From the NCBI GenBank assembly GCA_028534125.1, contig CM052817.1:40736001-40800000 (forward strand): 64,000 nucleotides of DNA, read 5' to 3'. A program made the translations under genes and the position numbers. The notes under the pieces are model-generated. The model worked only from the letters and a program-made list of their open reading frames with translations, was not told the origin of the DNA and did no database searches. Source of the stretch: Lama glama. Its lineage: Eukaryota. Shown piece after piece: positions 48,040-61,315 of the stretch (the stretch's first letter is position 1; each line of letters starts with the position of its first letter).

Positions 48040-51000
48040 TAAACACCCATTCATTTCATCACATGATATTAGACTATGCAGATGGATTATAAAATGTAGG
48101 CATTGAGAAGGAAATAAACCCACGTGAAGCGTTTTGCAAACTATGCTGTCCTACATAAATGAAAGTTATTACAATAGTAATCCTACCTTTCAACATAATA
48201 CCATTATATTATAGGATAATATTATAGGATATATTATGGAATACTCAGTTTAGTCTTACTTTCCAACTTTAATTGAATTCTTTTAAGGAAAAATGAGAGG
48301 GCCATTTTTTGATCAAGATGACTTTAATTTAATTTCATTTGCTGCAAGGACTTTATAATCTCCTGAGTTACCTTACAACCGTGCACTTCTGTGGGATAGG
48401 ACATTTTGCAGGAAAGATGCTTTAGCGAAAGGAAATCTAAAATATCTTCTAAGCATCACATTTTGATGATGATAATGATAATTTTTGAATGTTCTGGCTA
48501 AGAGGACCTGAACGTGTTGTGAATAGAATAAGCAACAGGAAATGTGACCTAGGAAGAGAGGGTCATCCCACTGCCATCTTAAACGTGCGTAGGCCTCAAA
48601 GGAATAGTGTCCACGCCTACACGTGTTCTCAATGCTGCTTCATTATAGCCCACTTGGTGGAAAAGGAGGTAGAAGCTGTTTGAATGTGGGTCCCAGAGTG
48701 AGTATGCACAAAACTGGGACCATAATCCAAGTCTCCTGACTTCCACTTATATGATAGACTGTCCCAGCTTTCAACTCTGGAATTCTACAACTCTTATGGG
48801 AAACTGTGCAAGCAAGGGAGGGAGGAGAAAACCAAAGAGCCTGGGGCCCTTTGCAGTCAGTCTTTTAAAATTTTGTGACTTGCTGCTGGTGAGAAAGAAT
48901 TAATTTGGCAACAAAGCCACCATAAGGTTCTATTCATCAGAGAACCATGTAACTGGAATCCAACCCAGTGTTATAATTAACAGATACAGCAGGCTCCCTA
49001 TCTGGGCCTCTGGAGCAGACAATAGATGTTGAATTGAGAGTATGAAAGCTGGTTCACATTAGTGTCTCTCCCTAGCTTCTTTTCTTGATAGCTTTTGCCA
49101 TCAATTCAGCTATATTTGTATTTGATAAAGTGACTCTTACTACTTTAAATGCTTCCAGTGTTCACATCTGTATTTTTGACCTCTCTTTGCAAATCTCCTA
49201 TAAACAGACTTCCGAGACTCAAATGAATAATAGGTCTCAATTATAAAATTTAATGCAGTGAAACCAACAGTTACAGCAATACTGCTGTCCAACTCAAGTA
49301 AATCAGTGGGTTCCTGGTTGCATCTGTACTTGAGAATCATTGTGGCAGTGACAAATTTACTGCTGCAGACTTGAACTGTGAAGAATTAATACCAGTGGCG
49401 TAGTACCCTACTGATGCAGCTCTGGTCGCCCAGCTGGAGTAGGGAAGGATGCTCTGGTGCACTTTTTATGGCTAATGCAAATTAGCAGATAGTTGTGGGA
49501 ATAAAGTTCTCTTCTTGATCTATGGCAGGAGATAGCTAGTCTGCAAGAGTTCATTTCAAGACTGTAATTAGTTTATTCATTAAGGTTGGGGAATTCAATG
49601 ACACAGCTGCATGAGGTACCATTGAAAGCTACCTGAACATATGGCAGAAGGATAATGCAAATTTAGCTCCTGAAAGAAAAAGGCAAAATGGTACAGCTTT
49701 GTGCTTTGGTTTTACATCCTGCAGTGATTTCCTGAAGGGGGGTGGTGAGTTGATTACACCCCAAACCTTCTGAAGTACATTGATTTTATTTTATTTTCTT
49801 CTAGAATATATACACTTCTTTATTGCTGACGTTGTATGTGCTTTATATTTTTGGGCTTCCCACTCTTTTTTTTTAAATATACATTGATTTTTAGATGGAG
49901 GTATTTATTTTCTTTGAATGTTACACATAATACATGTAAATGTTATGACACATCCCCACACACATCTCTAGACATCTAGGTACATACACAGCAGACTAAA
50001 TGCTGTTCTTTGGTTTCTAGCAAGAGAGACTAACACCTACAATTATTTATAATGTTTCTGTTTCCCCTTATGTTTTTAGTATTATTAATCTAACAAAGTT
50101 TTAAGTCTGATTAGAGGTGCATATACAGAGGTGAAATAACACCATTATATCTGATCTGTAAGACTTACGAGTATTCAAACATTGTAAAATTCAACCTTTT
50201 GCTTGTGAAATGCAAGCACTTGGATAGCAGAGATTCTCTTAAGTCTGTTTTTTGTATGGTAAAGGCTAATCTGACTTCAGATGTAGCCATGGTTATATAA
50301 GGTTTAACATTCATATATTACTTGACTTACAAAAAATCAAGTCCTGTAATTCAAGTAGGTTACAGAAGGAATTAAATTTGCATTGTTAGGAAGGAAGCTC
50401 AGTAAGTTGGAAAAACTGATTAGAGCAATGCAAAACTCGATTTGAACGGTTACATCAAACCATTCTTGTGTTTCTCTTTGTATTCTTCATGTGTCACCTA
50501 TAAACATTCTCAATGAAAATGTTATTGAAGTCAAAGCATTCAACCAGGGAAACAGACAGGTGTGGAATTGCGACGGATCCCTCATACTTCTGTTCTTGGC
50601 AATTGATGTACTCTATTTTAGTGCCAAAAGCCATTTACTGACTATATCATGTGCTCATATGGTTTCTTCTTCTTGTAACTCTCAATCCAAATTGATGGAT
50701 AACACAGATGAAACAAGATTCTTCTGCCAAACCTAAGATGTTAAATTAGGAAGGATCTCACAATGCACAATAAGATGTTACCAGTGATTGAAGCTTTACA
50801 TCCTATTTTGTGGTTTTCTGCACTGTATAAATTTTATTAAAATGTGTGTGTGTTTGTGTGCTGCTTTCATAATAATTGAAAGCCTTTCATGTCCAGGAAT
50901 ATAATTTTTTGCTGTGCGGAACCTAATGTTTGTGGTTGTGGCTCTGAGTGAGACGTGGTTGTGAGAGGCAGACAGTTGTAGGTAAACAGGCAAGAAGGGG

Positions 51001-53269
51001 CAACCACAACTGTCAGTGGAAGGTTGGAGACATCAGGGAATCAGAGTGAGGAGGGGACCTGAAACTAATTTGCCTGTCAGAGCAAACCTAGCCACAAATT
51101 CAGCCAAGTAATGGGTCTAATTAAGTGAGCATATGAAGACTCAAGTGATGATAAAGTCAAGGAGTCAGGCCAGGAGCATAATCCAGGATCTAGTCTGATG
51201 GTGGTCAGTGAGAGCTGAAATGAAACAAACCAGGAGTCAGATGGTACAGGTGTCAGATCCTCCCAGAATCACGAGACCTTCCTAGATAAGGCAGCTTCCT
51301 ACCTCATTCTCCAAAACGTTCCCATCTTTAGATAAAAGAATCCCCATGACAGGGAGAAACCTACTCAAATGTAGACAGGAAGAGGCAAGTGGAAACACCT
51401 GAATGGGTTAAGGAGTGCAGGGCCTGGCCCCAGTGGCCTTTATAGTCCCTGGTGTTAACCTCGCGAATATATTACCACAGAGGAACAGGACATTTCTCTG
51501 ACAGTCAATGGATAATTCTGCAATTTTTAAAGAAACTTTTTCCTCTGAGAGTGAGGAGTGGAGCAGCAGAGTTCTGTATCTCCTGGGAGCACATTAATTT
51601 AGGTGGGTTGTGTTGTGTTGTGAGTTTAGAGTCTAGACTGTTCTGTCCTTCACTTTGGTGAAAGCTGTTTCTCTCCAGAAAATGTATCTGCTAAGGAGTT
51701 TCTATTGACTGATTCCTAATTAGTCAATCATCTACTGATGTTTTGTGTATGAAGAAGAAATAAAAGTTACAATCCTTGCCTTTGGGAATTCTATAGCTCC
51801 TTGGAGGAGACAAGATAAAATTGTGCATTCATTTTTACATTCATTTACTTACTAACTATGCTAGATGCCTACAGTGAATATGGTAGATAACTCTCTGTCT
51901 TCATGGAGATTATAGTCAAATGAATTACTTACATGATGCAAAACTTCCATTCTACTTGCCTGCTCCAAATGCATACCTTTTGCTTAAGTCACCTTTTATT
52001 TTGCAAATGCATAATAGAATAACATTAAACAAGGCTTTGTAGTGTTAAAGCTTTGTTAATTTTACAAGATGGTTTCAGCACGTTTACTAGTGTCTGGTGA
52101 TGAATTGTGATAATTAAAATTCAGCTATACTAATTAAAACAAGTGAACAAAGTCTTTAATGTCCTTTTCCTCACAATTTTTAATTTCCTTTTTGCTTACT
52201 CCTGACTTTGCAGAATTCTGTAATCCTCACTGGGGTTTTTACTGTCATTAGGGAAATTTATGAAGTTCTATAGCTCAGGAAGCCTTAAGAAATTCTGTAA
52301 CAGTAATATTTGAACAAATTTAGGTTCCTTTGGGTCAACTTTTTAAAATCAATGAATTTAAATTGCTATGTATTCTGAAAGTCAAACTTTCATAAGAAAT
52401 TCTGACCAATGTTTATTATTTTAATATGCTAACGTTAAAACTGAGTGCCTGTATGCTTCCCCAAGTCTCCTCAGGAATTAAAAGCTGTATCTGTGATATG
52501 AAATCAACTAAATGAAAACTGCATAGAAAATAGGCAGGAAGAAGGAAATTATACAAAATGCTAATAGGGGTTGTCTCTGGGTGCCAAGATCAGGAGATTT
52601 TTGTTTATTTGTTTACATTTTTTTTCCATATTTCTAAATTTCAAATTTAGCATATAGGAGACTTAGAAAACCACAATAATAGCAAGTTATAAATGCTTTT
52701 AATGGTTGAAATTTCTGCCATAGATAGGACTCTTCTTTCAAAGGCAGGTCTCAACTTCCTTTCAAACAATCATTCACATATAGGATGGAGGCATCCTTTG
52801 GCTTATTTTGTTTTATGAATTGGTGTTTCATTTATTTCTTTCTTTAGAAAGAAATTTGCCAAGAACATTTCCTTCTTTAGAACACTAACTCATTGGGTCC
52901 TTTCTGAATTGGTTTGATAACTTGGTATCTCCATTGGATAATGGAGAGCTCCCTTCATGTTTTGAATTTAGTCCACCTTTGAAAATACAGCGCTACCTTG
53001 TGATTTAGTTTAACATCAGTAATAGTAAAGATGATGATGATAATAATAATTTCTTTATAAAGTGCTAAATCATATAAATGGGACAGTTTTGTGGGAAATC
53101 AGATTTCCACCTGTCAATGTAATTTCCAACCCGACCCTCCACTCCAAGAATAAGAGGAACTTGACAAGTGGTTCGAAATGAAATCAGAGAAGTTCAGCCC
53201 TGGCTTCATGAGTATGGGGTGAAGTTTCAGGCTATGAGTTGTGTATCCGGTAAGGAGATGGGCCTTCAA

Positions 53270-53445
53270 ATCTAAGAGCTGGTTTCAGCTTCTAATCTTT
53301 TACTGGATAGCTGTGTGACCTTTGACAAGTTATTTAATCTCTCTGAGCTTCCTAATCTGTGGTATATAGAAGGTAATTGCTACCTTTCAAGGTTGCTTTG
53401 AGTAGGTAATATGTGTAAAATGGTTACCATTTTGCTTGGCACACA
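53270..53445 (+). mobile_element. MIR SINE
   Basis: agctgtgtgacctttgacaagttatttaatctctctgagc. Confidence 0.75.
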
Positions 53446-54154
53446 TGGCTATTGTTGGACCAGGAGAAAGATGCCTATGGGTGGAAAGGTCCTCATGTAA
53501 GTGAATATTCCTAGACTACTTAATTTAGGAAAATCAACCATTCTCAAGAATAATTGTCAAGTCTGACAGGAAGTCATGAACTTCTGTAATACAGGATGTA
53601 TTACAAAGCACCATTGGGGTTTAGAGTCTTGTTAATGACACTGAGTGGTCCTCCAAGCATGGAATGAGTACTGTTGCCCGCACACCAATTAGCTTCACCC
53701 CTCATTAGTAACGTGTGCCTGCAGACATTATTTCTATTGCTCTATCTTATCTCGCTAGGACGCCATCCAAGAGAACACTTAAATAAAAATCCAGTTGTCA
53801 TGTCTTGCTGTTAGCTGAGCAAGTGTAGGGTAAACACCATTAAGGTTAAATGTATTATGCTAACCTCAGCTGAATGAGTGACAAGAAGGCCAAGAAGAAC
53901 TCCATCTAAGCTGGGAACAGCTGATTTTGAGTGACCAAATGAAACCTTCTAAATGTAGACCTGGGTTGAATTAGGGGTGTTGGGCATTCTTCCCTGAAAT
54001 CACAAGAGAAAAATTTAAATTGTTTCTTCATTTAGGGTCTGTTTATCACCTCTCATTATTCTTTCTATTCAAGATTATAATTGAGAATCTTTCATATATA
54101 TGTATTTCCTCCTTTTGCTTTTTCATTCTAATTAAGAATTATTTACTTCTAATT

Positions 54155-54308
54155 CACAGGGAACTATATTCAGTTTTTTTGTGATAACACAAAATGGTAA
54201 AGAATCTGAAACAAAAAAAAAGTATATGCATAACTGAATCACTTTGCTGTGCACCTGAAACTAACACTGTAAATCAACTGCACTTCAATAAAAGATTTAA
54301 AAAAGAAA
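54155..54308 (+). mobile_element. L1 3' stub
   Basis: cacagggaactatattca...taactgaatcactttgctgtgcacctgaaactaac...cttcaataaaa. Confidence 0.88.
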
Positions 54309-56309
54309 AGGATTATTTCCTGAGGATCTATGGCCAAAAGACTAAGCTAAATTTTGGGAGAGCCGGAAGTGTAACAGAATTGCTGCCCTCCATGTCTGTT
54401 CGGGCAGTTTAGTTGCACACAGTGGGGACAGAATAGCCATGGTAGAAGGGAGATTGGATGATGGTAGAAGGGATTTTGGATGATGGATGCCGGATGAGTT
54501 TCTATATAAAATACTTTGTGTTGACAGTTTGGTAAAAGTAGAGAGTGAGCCTGTAGTTCCCTCCAACTCTAATACGTGAAAACACTTTATTTACCTTTAG
54601 TTTTCCCAGATCACGGCTGGCGCTGCTGCCTTAATCTACCTTTTTTACGGGCAGTAAAATTCCAAGGTGTCATCTGGAATTTGAGAGCCATGCTCCATTA
54701 ACACTAATGAGTGACTTACGGTTAAATCTTCATGGATCAGGCCGCACATCTCCCTGTAGGTATTGGTTCACATTTCATTTCAGTGGGCATCACGCCGGCT
54801 TGCACTCAAATTGTTTGCATCATTTAACCTGTAAGGGTGTTCAACAAACCTGTGATTTATGGCTTGGAAAATGTTCAGCTTAGTCCAGGTTGTTTTTGAA
54901 AACTTCGTGGTTTCTTGTTTATAGCTTTTACATTCAGGTCAAACACAATTATAAATTTCAAGGCCCCTCCCTTATTTCTTGTAGGATGTGGGTCAAGATA
55001 CTTTATATATGGGCTAATATGACTTGAAAATGACTGCTCTAACAATAATGGAATCATATACATTTACTTCTGAAAGCTAGAGGTTTAAGTTAAGCCTCCC
55101 TGGCAGCTGAGCTGCCAGACCATATATTTTTGTCGTTGTGATGATTTGTAAAATTACCTTCAGGTTTACAGGCATGTGGGCGGGCAATTTTTAAAACACT
55201 TTCATGAAAAACCCAAGGGGCCTCCAAAAAATCATATTTCCATTTCCTACTAAACTCTGAATAGTGTTTATATTAATTGTATCTATCTTGACTGCAAATG
55301 CAAATTTAATGTCAGGAAACATTGTTGAGCTGTGTCATTCAAGGTTAACAAGAAGGTGTTCTGTTATATGATTTAGTCATGAGCAGCAGCTTGAGGCCTC
55401 AGCCTCCCACCGCTAATGAGTCACCTCCAGATTTTCCTCTCAAGCTATAAGATTTTGAGCCTTTGAACTGCTGGGGGTGGTGGTGGGGTCTTTGTGGCTG
55501 TGTGTTTGCCCTTTTGTTTAGGGAACTGGTCCTTGCCGGCAGTTTCTTAACAAGTCTAGTCTCTGGTGCTGTCTGTCTGTTAGATGGTGAGCCATTAATA
55601 ATTGGCAATTTGTAGCTGTCACAGTGATGCTGGGGACTTTCCAGATGGCTTTTCCCTTTTTCTCTAGCAGGACTAAGACTTACGCTTATTCCCTTTGATA
55701 GGGTTTTAATCAAGCAGACATTGTTCATGACCCCGACCCACAGTAGGGACAAGACTTGGACGGCTCATCTTTGGTCTGGGGAAGGGCCTGTGTCTTGTTT
55801 TCCCTGGGACAGGCTCACATGCTCATCAGAGCTTTGACTGTCTGATTGAAGGACAAGGCTTCAGGAGTGTAGGAGTCGGGTGTATTAGGATGGACACGGT
55901 AGAAGTATTGGGGTGTTGTAAGTATATATTTGCAAAAAAAAAAAAGGGGAAGAAATGTCCCACTGAATTTTTGAAATATCTAGACCAACTGTGCTGGGAA
56001 CAGAAAGTAGGAAGAGGAGGGCACTTTGTTTCCTTTGGGCCGGTCTCTGTGCTACTTGCAGGCAAGGCACCTAAAACAAGTTTAGATCAAGGACAAAATG
56101 GGAGTTTCTGCTATTAAGTTTAATAGCACACAATTTTCTCACGTCCACCTTTGTTCCCCTTCTTGTTCTACTAAACCTCCCACAGAAGAACAGGAAAAAA
56201 ATGGAAAATGTTTCTCCTGTGGAACGGACGAACGTTCCAGTGCCAAGCTTCTTTCTGTCCTGGGCTGCACTTTGACTAAAATCCTCCTTTTGGCCTTCAC
56301 TGAGGTTTC

Positions 56310-56565
56310 TGCTTAGACATTACCTGCTTGCACGCTTTCCCTGACCTGCTCCATCCGAACTGGAGTTCCCCATCCCTGCCCCGCCGTATCCTCAGCCCCC
56401 TCACTGCTTTCTGCTTCACGGCACTCGTCACTCCCTGGGAACTGCTTATCCTCTGCCTCTTCTACCAGAACATAAGCTCTGTGAGGGCAGGGACAGTGTC
56501 TTACTGCTGTATCCTTAGCACCTAGTTCCTGGTAGAAATTTAAAAAATATTTATCGAATTAATGT
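56310..56565 (+). mobile_element. L2 3' end
   Basis: taagctctgtgagggcagggac...ctgctgtatccttagcacctag...aaatatttatcgaattaatg. Confidence 0.75.
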
Positions 56566-56810
56566 ATTCATTTCTCACCTTAAGTTCTGCCTGTGGAATC
56601 CGAGCTCAATAAAAATGCAGCTCTGCTCTGCTTGTTACCTTATCATAGATGCCCTAGTCTGGATGTGCACTTTTTGATATTTTCACGTTCCTGAAATCAG
56701 GATACATACTAAAAATATACATTTAATTAGGTGGCGATTATCACCCATCACAGCTGTCCCTAAATTGATACACATGTTAACAATTCAATATGCCTTAGAA
56801 TCAAGGACAT

Positions 56811-57973
56811 TATGGTAGACAGAATCCCCCCACCCAAAGGTGTCCATGCTGCCCTAATCCCTAAAACTTGTGAATGTGTTACCTTACATGGCAAACGGGA
56901 CTTTGCTGATGTGATTCAGTTAAGGATTTTAAGATGGAGAGATTATCCTGGATTATTCAGGTTGGCCCAATGTAATCACAAGGGTCTTTATAAGAGGGTG
57001 GTAGGAAGGTCAGAGTCAGAGAGGAAGATTTTTTTCCCCATTTTATTAGAGTTTTTTTTTTTATTGACGGATGGTTGATGTATAATGTTGTGTTAATATC
57101 TGGTGTACAGCATAGTGACTGAATTATACACACACACACACATATATATATATTCCTTTTCATATTCTTACAAGATGTTGAAAAAAGTTCCCTGTGCTAT
57201 ACAATAGGGCCTTGTCATTTATCTACCTTATAGTCACTACTATATATTTGTATCTGTAAATCCCGATTTCCCAATTTATCCCTTCCCACCCCCTTCCCCC
57301 TGGTAACTATAAATTTGTTTTCTGTCTGTGAGTCTGTTTTTGTTTTGTACATATGTTCATTTGTGTCTTTTTTTTAGATTCCACATATAAGTGATATGGT
57401 ATTTTTCTTTCTCTTTCTGGTTTACTTCACTTAGAATGATGATCTCCAGATCCATCTATGTTGCAGCAAATGGCATTATTTTATTCTTTTTTAATGGATG
57501 AATAGTATTCCATTGTATAAATATACCACAACTTCTTTATCCAGTCATCTGTCAATGGACATTTAGGTTGTTTCCATGTCTTGGCTATTGTGTAGGGTGC
57601 TGTTATGAACACTGAAGTGCATGTGTGTTTTCAAATTAGAGTTCCCTCTGAATATATGCCCAGGAGTGGGATTGCTGGATGATATGGTAACTTTATTTTC
57701 AGTTTTTTAAGGAATCAGAGAGGAGGATTTTATGATGGAAGCAGAAGTTAGAGTGATGCAGGACTGAAAGCCTTGGGAAGCAGCCTCTGGAAGCAGCCTC
57801 TAGAATCTGGAAAAGGCAAGGAAACAGCTTCGCCCCTAAAGCCTCCAGAAGGATCATGGCCCTGCCAGTCATTCTAGACTTTCACCTCCAGAACTATAAG
57901 ACAAGAAATTTGTATTGTTTTCAGCCACTCAACTTGTGTTGATTTGTTATAGCAGCCGTAGAGAACTCCTACA
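56811..57973 (+). mobile_element. MaLR solo LTR (MLT1C/D-like) split by an L1
   Basis: tgttaccttacatggcaaacgggactttgctgatgtgatt...ggaaaaggcaaggaaacag...ctccagaactataag. Confidence 0.88.
57033..57714 (-). mobile_element. 5'-truncated L1 inserted in the MLT1 LTR
   Basis: Reverse L1 3'UTR. 17-bp TSD tcagagagga(a/g)gatttt at 57016-57032 / 57715-57731. Confidence 0.93.
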
Positions 57974-58059
57974 GGTATGTTGTTACAGGCAATAACACAT
58001 ATTACATTCTTGAAATTTTAAGTCCTATTTAATCTCTCCAACAAGGAAGGGTGAGAGTC

Positions 58060-58290
58060 AGTGGATACGTGTCCAGAGTCCCTGCCCCTCGATGGGAACA
58101 TTCTGAGGCATGTTTCATGTCATCTCCCAGAGGATCCCCTTCAGGACAGAGCCCAGATTGCCCACAGTACTCATTACTGACTCTCTTATTGACTTGCCTT
58201 GCTACCATGTCTTCAAGCTTCCTGGATGACTTCCCGAATAAGCCTTTTGCACCCTAATCCTTGCCTCAGGATGAGCCCAAACTGGGATGT
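58060..58290 (+). mobile_element. ERVL LTR remnant (LTR16-like)
   Basis: ttcccgaataagccttttgcaccctaatccttgcctcagg...cccaaact. Confidence 0.55.
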
Positions 58291-58369
58291 CACCCTAGGC
58301 TCAAGAGCCCTGGCCCAAAACCGCTAGACCCCGTCTTTCCCTCTCTCTTCGCCCCTGCTGCCCTCTCTC

Positions 58370-58710
58370 TGGCCCACCCAGCCACACTAGCCATTATTTA
58401 GAATATCACCTGTGTCAAATTCCTTCCTCCATAGGCTGTTTGCACTTATTCCTCCTGCCTGGATGCTCCTCAGTAGTGTTCATCCTTTAGGTTCTCAATC
58501 AAATGTCACTTCCTCAGGGAGGTTTCCCTGGCCCTCCAGACTATGACTGTTTTTCTTGACCCTCCTGTACTTTTCTTTCGTGGCACTTACTGCAAAGGAA
58601 ATGAGTTCATTATTTTATGGGAAGAAGAGTATCTGTTTCTGAGTGGGTCTTGCAAAAGACTCGAACACACTTAGAGTCACATGGCGTAGGTGTAAGGTAA
58701 GGTTTATGGA
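58370..58710 (+). mobile_element. L2 remnant
   Basis: tttgcactt...cctggatgctc...tcaaatgtcacttcctcagggagg. Confidence 0.65.
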
Positions 58711-59229
58711 ACACTCACGGCGTGGGGGCAGCGTGGTGCATCTGTTCTGGTCCTCTCACCTGCTAGCTGAGATGCGTGCTGGGCAAGGCGTGGCTGGACA
58801 AATCGTGGGAGGTGCTCCAAGAGAAGGCTCCTGCTGTGTACCATTCTTTTAAATAAGGTAACTGGGAGGAGAAAGGGGACAGCTAGTGAACACGAGACAG
58901 AGATGTCTCTCTTGTATCGGAGCTTAGCTGAATGTGTCATCCTAATTTTTAAGTGAAAAGCCCCATCAATTAAAAAAAAACGTTGAGTTCACACTTCCCA
59001 ATATATGTATATTTATTTATGTTGATATGTGTATCCCTGTCAAGTTAAATGTCAAAGAGTAGAGAAGCTGAATTTCTTTATGGAGATCATCATAAGCAAA
59101 AATAAAAATAAGCAAAAGTAGAAATGAAATTTTAAAAATAGAAAATTGTAAAATTTCTTTGTACATCCCGACAGATCATTTTGTCCGTGCCCTGAGTGCA
59201 CATACCGCGAAGTGGAGATGATTGCTCTG

Positions 59230-59386
59230 GGGCAGTGCTTTCCTGAGCAGACAGGTCCCCTGGGAGCTGGTTAACAGGCAGACTCTGATTCAGCAGGCCT
59301 GGGCGGGGCCTGGGACTCTGCATTTCTAACCAGCTCCCCAGTGATGCCAGCAGAATTGGTTTGAGAAATGCACTTTGAGTCACCAG
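59230..59386. mobile_element. MER5A-like MITE
   Basis: ctgattcagcaggcctgggcggggcctgggactctgcatttctaaccagctcccca...tttgagaa. Confidence 0.8.
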
Positions 59387-59789
59387 GCTCTAAAGCATCT
59401 TGCTGTCCGAATATTCATAAGCTGCTGAAATTTCGATGGTCAGGTTAAACAGAGTGAGATGGCGTCTTCCATTATTTTGGAATGCTTTTCTCTGTCTCGG
59501 CTGTTTCCAGGTGGAATCAGTGGTATGTGTGTGACTCTCGCCGCAGTGTGGAATGATTGCCCGTCAGAAAAAACAAAAAGTGAAGGACAACTGGGCAAGG
59601 TAAAAGTCTGTTGACTCTTCGTTTCTCATGGCCTTTACAATCTAATAATCTGTTCTTATTCCTCTGTAGGGATGGCAAAAACACGGTGAGCCCCACGAGC
59701 AGGGTCTTTGCTGGCTGCTTCCCGTGTGCTGTTTCATTTCCGATCTGGCTCTAATGGCAGAAACCAGACTGAACACAAAGGGACCCGGG

Positions 59790-59830
59790 GTGTGTGTGTG
59801 TGTGTGTGTGAGAAAGAGAGAGAGAGAGAG
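59790..59830. repeat. Compound (TG)n(AG)n microsatellite
   Basis: Seen directly. Confidence 0.95.
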
Positions 59831-61069
59831 CACCTCGGCCTTCTTTTTGGACCCTCTGTCTGATCTGTCATGAGGCCTGGGCCAAACCATTCAAACTCCC
59901 TGTGCTCAGGGAGGCAGTGAGGATTTCCCAGTTAGTGACAGAATCTGAGTGATTTGTAGGCATTTGTGTGCTGATTGTCTTGCCCTCTAGGCATGAGCTA
60001 TGTTGTATCAGGAGGGCAAGAGGGTTCCAAATAGATTTAATATTCCTTGTAAGAGCTTCAACCATCTGCCCGCCAGCTCTCAGTGTGAGCATAATATATG
60101 TTTCCAGAATCAAATACAAAGAGCCTGTTTTTCCCTCCTTCTTTTTCCTTTTTTTCAAAGGCTTTTAGTTTGGATCATTTGTCTTTTCCTTGTCTTTTGG
60201 GATAGGTTACTAGGGTCGCCCTTTCTACAATTATATTTGCTTTCATTTTGTTTTCTGATTTCTCTGGTACATTTAAATAAATGGTTTCCCCTTTCCTGAT
60301 TTCCATGTACCCCCTACAGAACTGTACCCTTGAAATTAGTGTATATACCTGTGAAACCTTGTGGTACACCTGTGAGGTGGTAGGGATTGAACTGCAGGCA
60401 TTCCCAGTGGGTACAGATGAGACTCTGGGCGTCTGACAGTTGTTTCCAGGCTAAATCTGAGTGCTGTTCTCCTGAGTGACGAAACTTTAATTTTTCCCCT
60501 TCTTTTAGGGGAAATTTTGTGACTGTTGATGGGCCTGCCCTAGTAACTACAGCTCATTGTGGGACTAAAGTTATTTGGGTGTTGGGTGTCTTTGACTTGG
60601 AACCCTTGTGTTGTTTAAAGTAATTGACATACGGGGATCTTAAGCTCTGAAAGTGATGAAAGAAAGTGAAGCCAATCAAGCAGAGTTCTTCACTTAAAAT
60701 CTCATTTAAGTTAGAGAAATTTAGCAGGAGATTTGGAAAGCTCTTTACATGAAAGTTGGGTGGGAGCACTATTAGAACTCTCCTAGCATTACTCAGCAAG
60801 CAAGTGTTGGGCAGGGAGTGACTGATGGAAAGTGAACTTGGAATATTGTCTTGTAAAGGCTTCAGGGCATAGGGGTCAAAATTCTTCAGTTCTGCTAATT
60901 TTTATTTAGTCAGCAAAATTTGCATTGTTTTGCATTAGACAGTATATATTTTAAAACTGCTTTCTCTTTAAACACATTCTACATTCCACATTCGGTTCTC
61001 CCTCCAGAGGGGAGGCTAAAAGAGCCTCCCTTGATGCACTTCTGGTCTAATCATGATGGGATGTAGGGG

Positions 61070-61315
61070 AAGGACCTGGGCACTGGAGGACTGCCTGGAT
61101 GCCTGGCCAGGCTCCATCTTTTTCTAGCTACGTGACCTTGGGAAGGTAATAAACATCTCTGCGCTGTATTTTCCTCAGTTGTAAAGTAGGGATTTTGATA
61201 GTGTTACCCGGAGGAGTTGATGAAATGATCAAATGTGATCGTGCATAATAATATGTGTGAAGTGCTCGGCCCAGTGCCTCCCACACTGCACCTATTGTTG
61301 GCTGTTGTTACTGTC
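61070..61315 (+). mobile_element. MIR SINE
   Basis: tagctacgtgaccttggg...tttcctcagttgtaaagtaggg...gtgaagtgctcggcccagtgcct. Confidence 0.8.
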
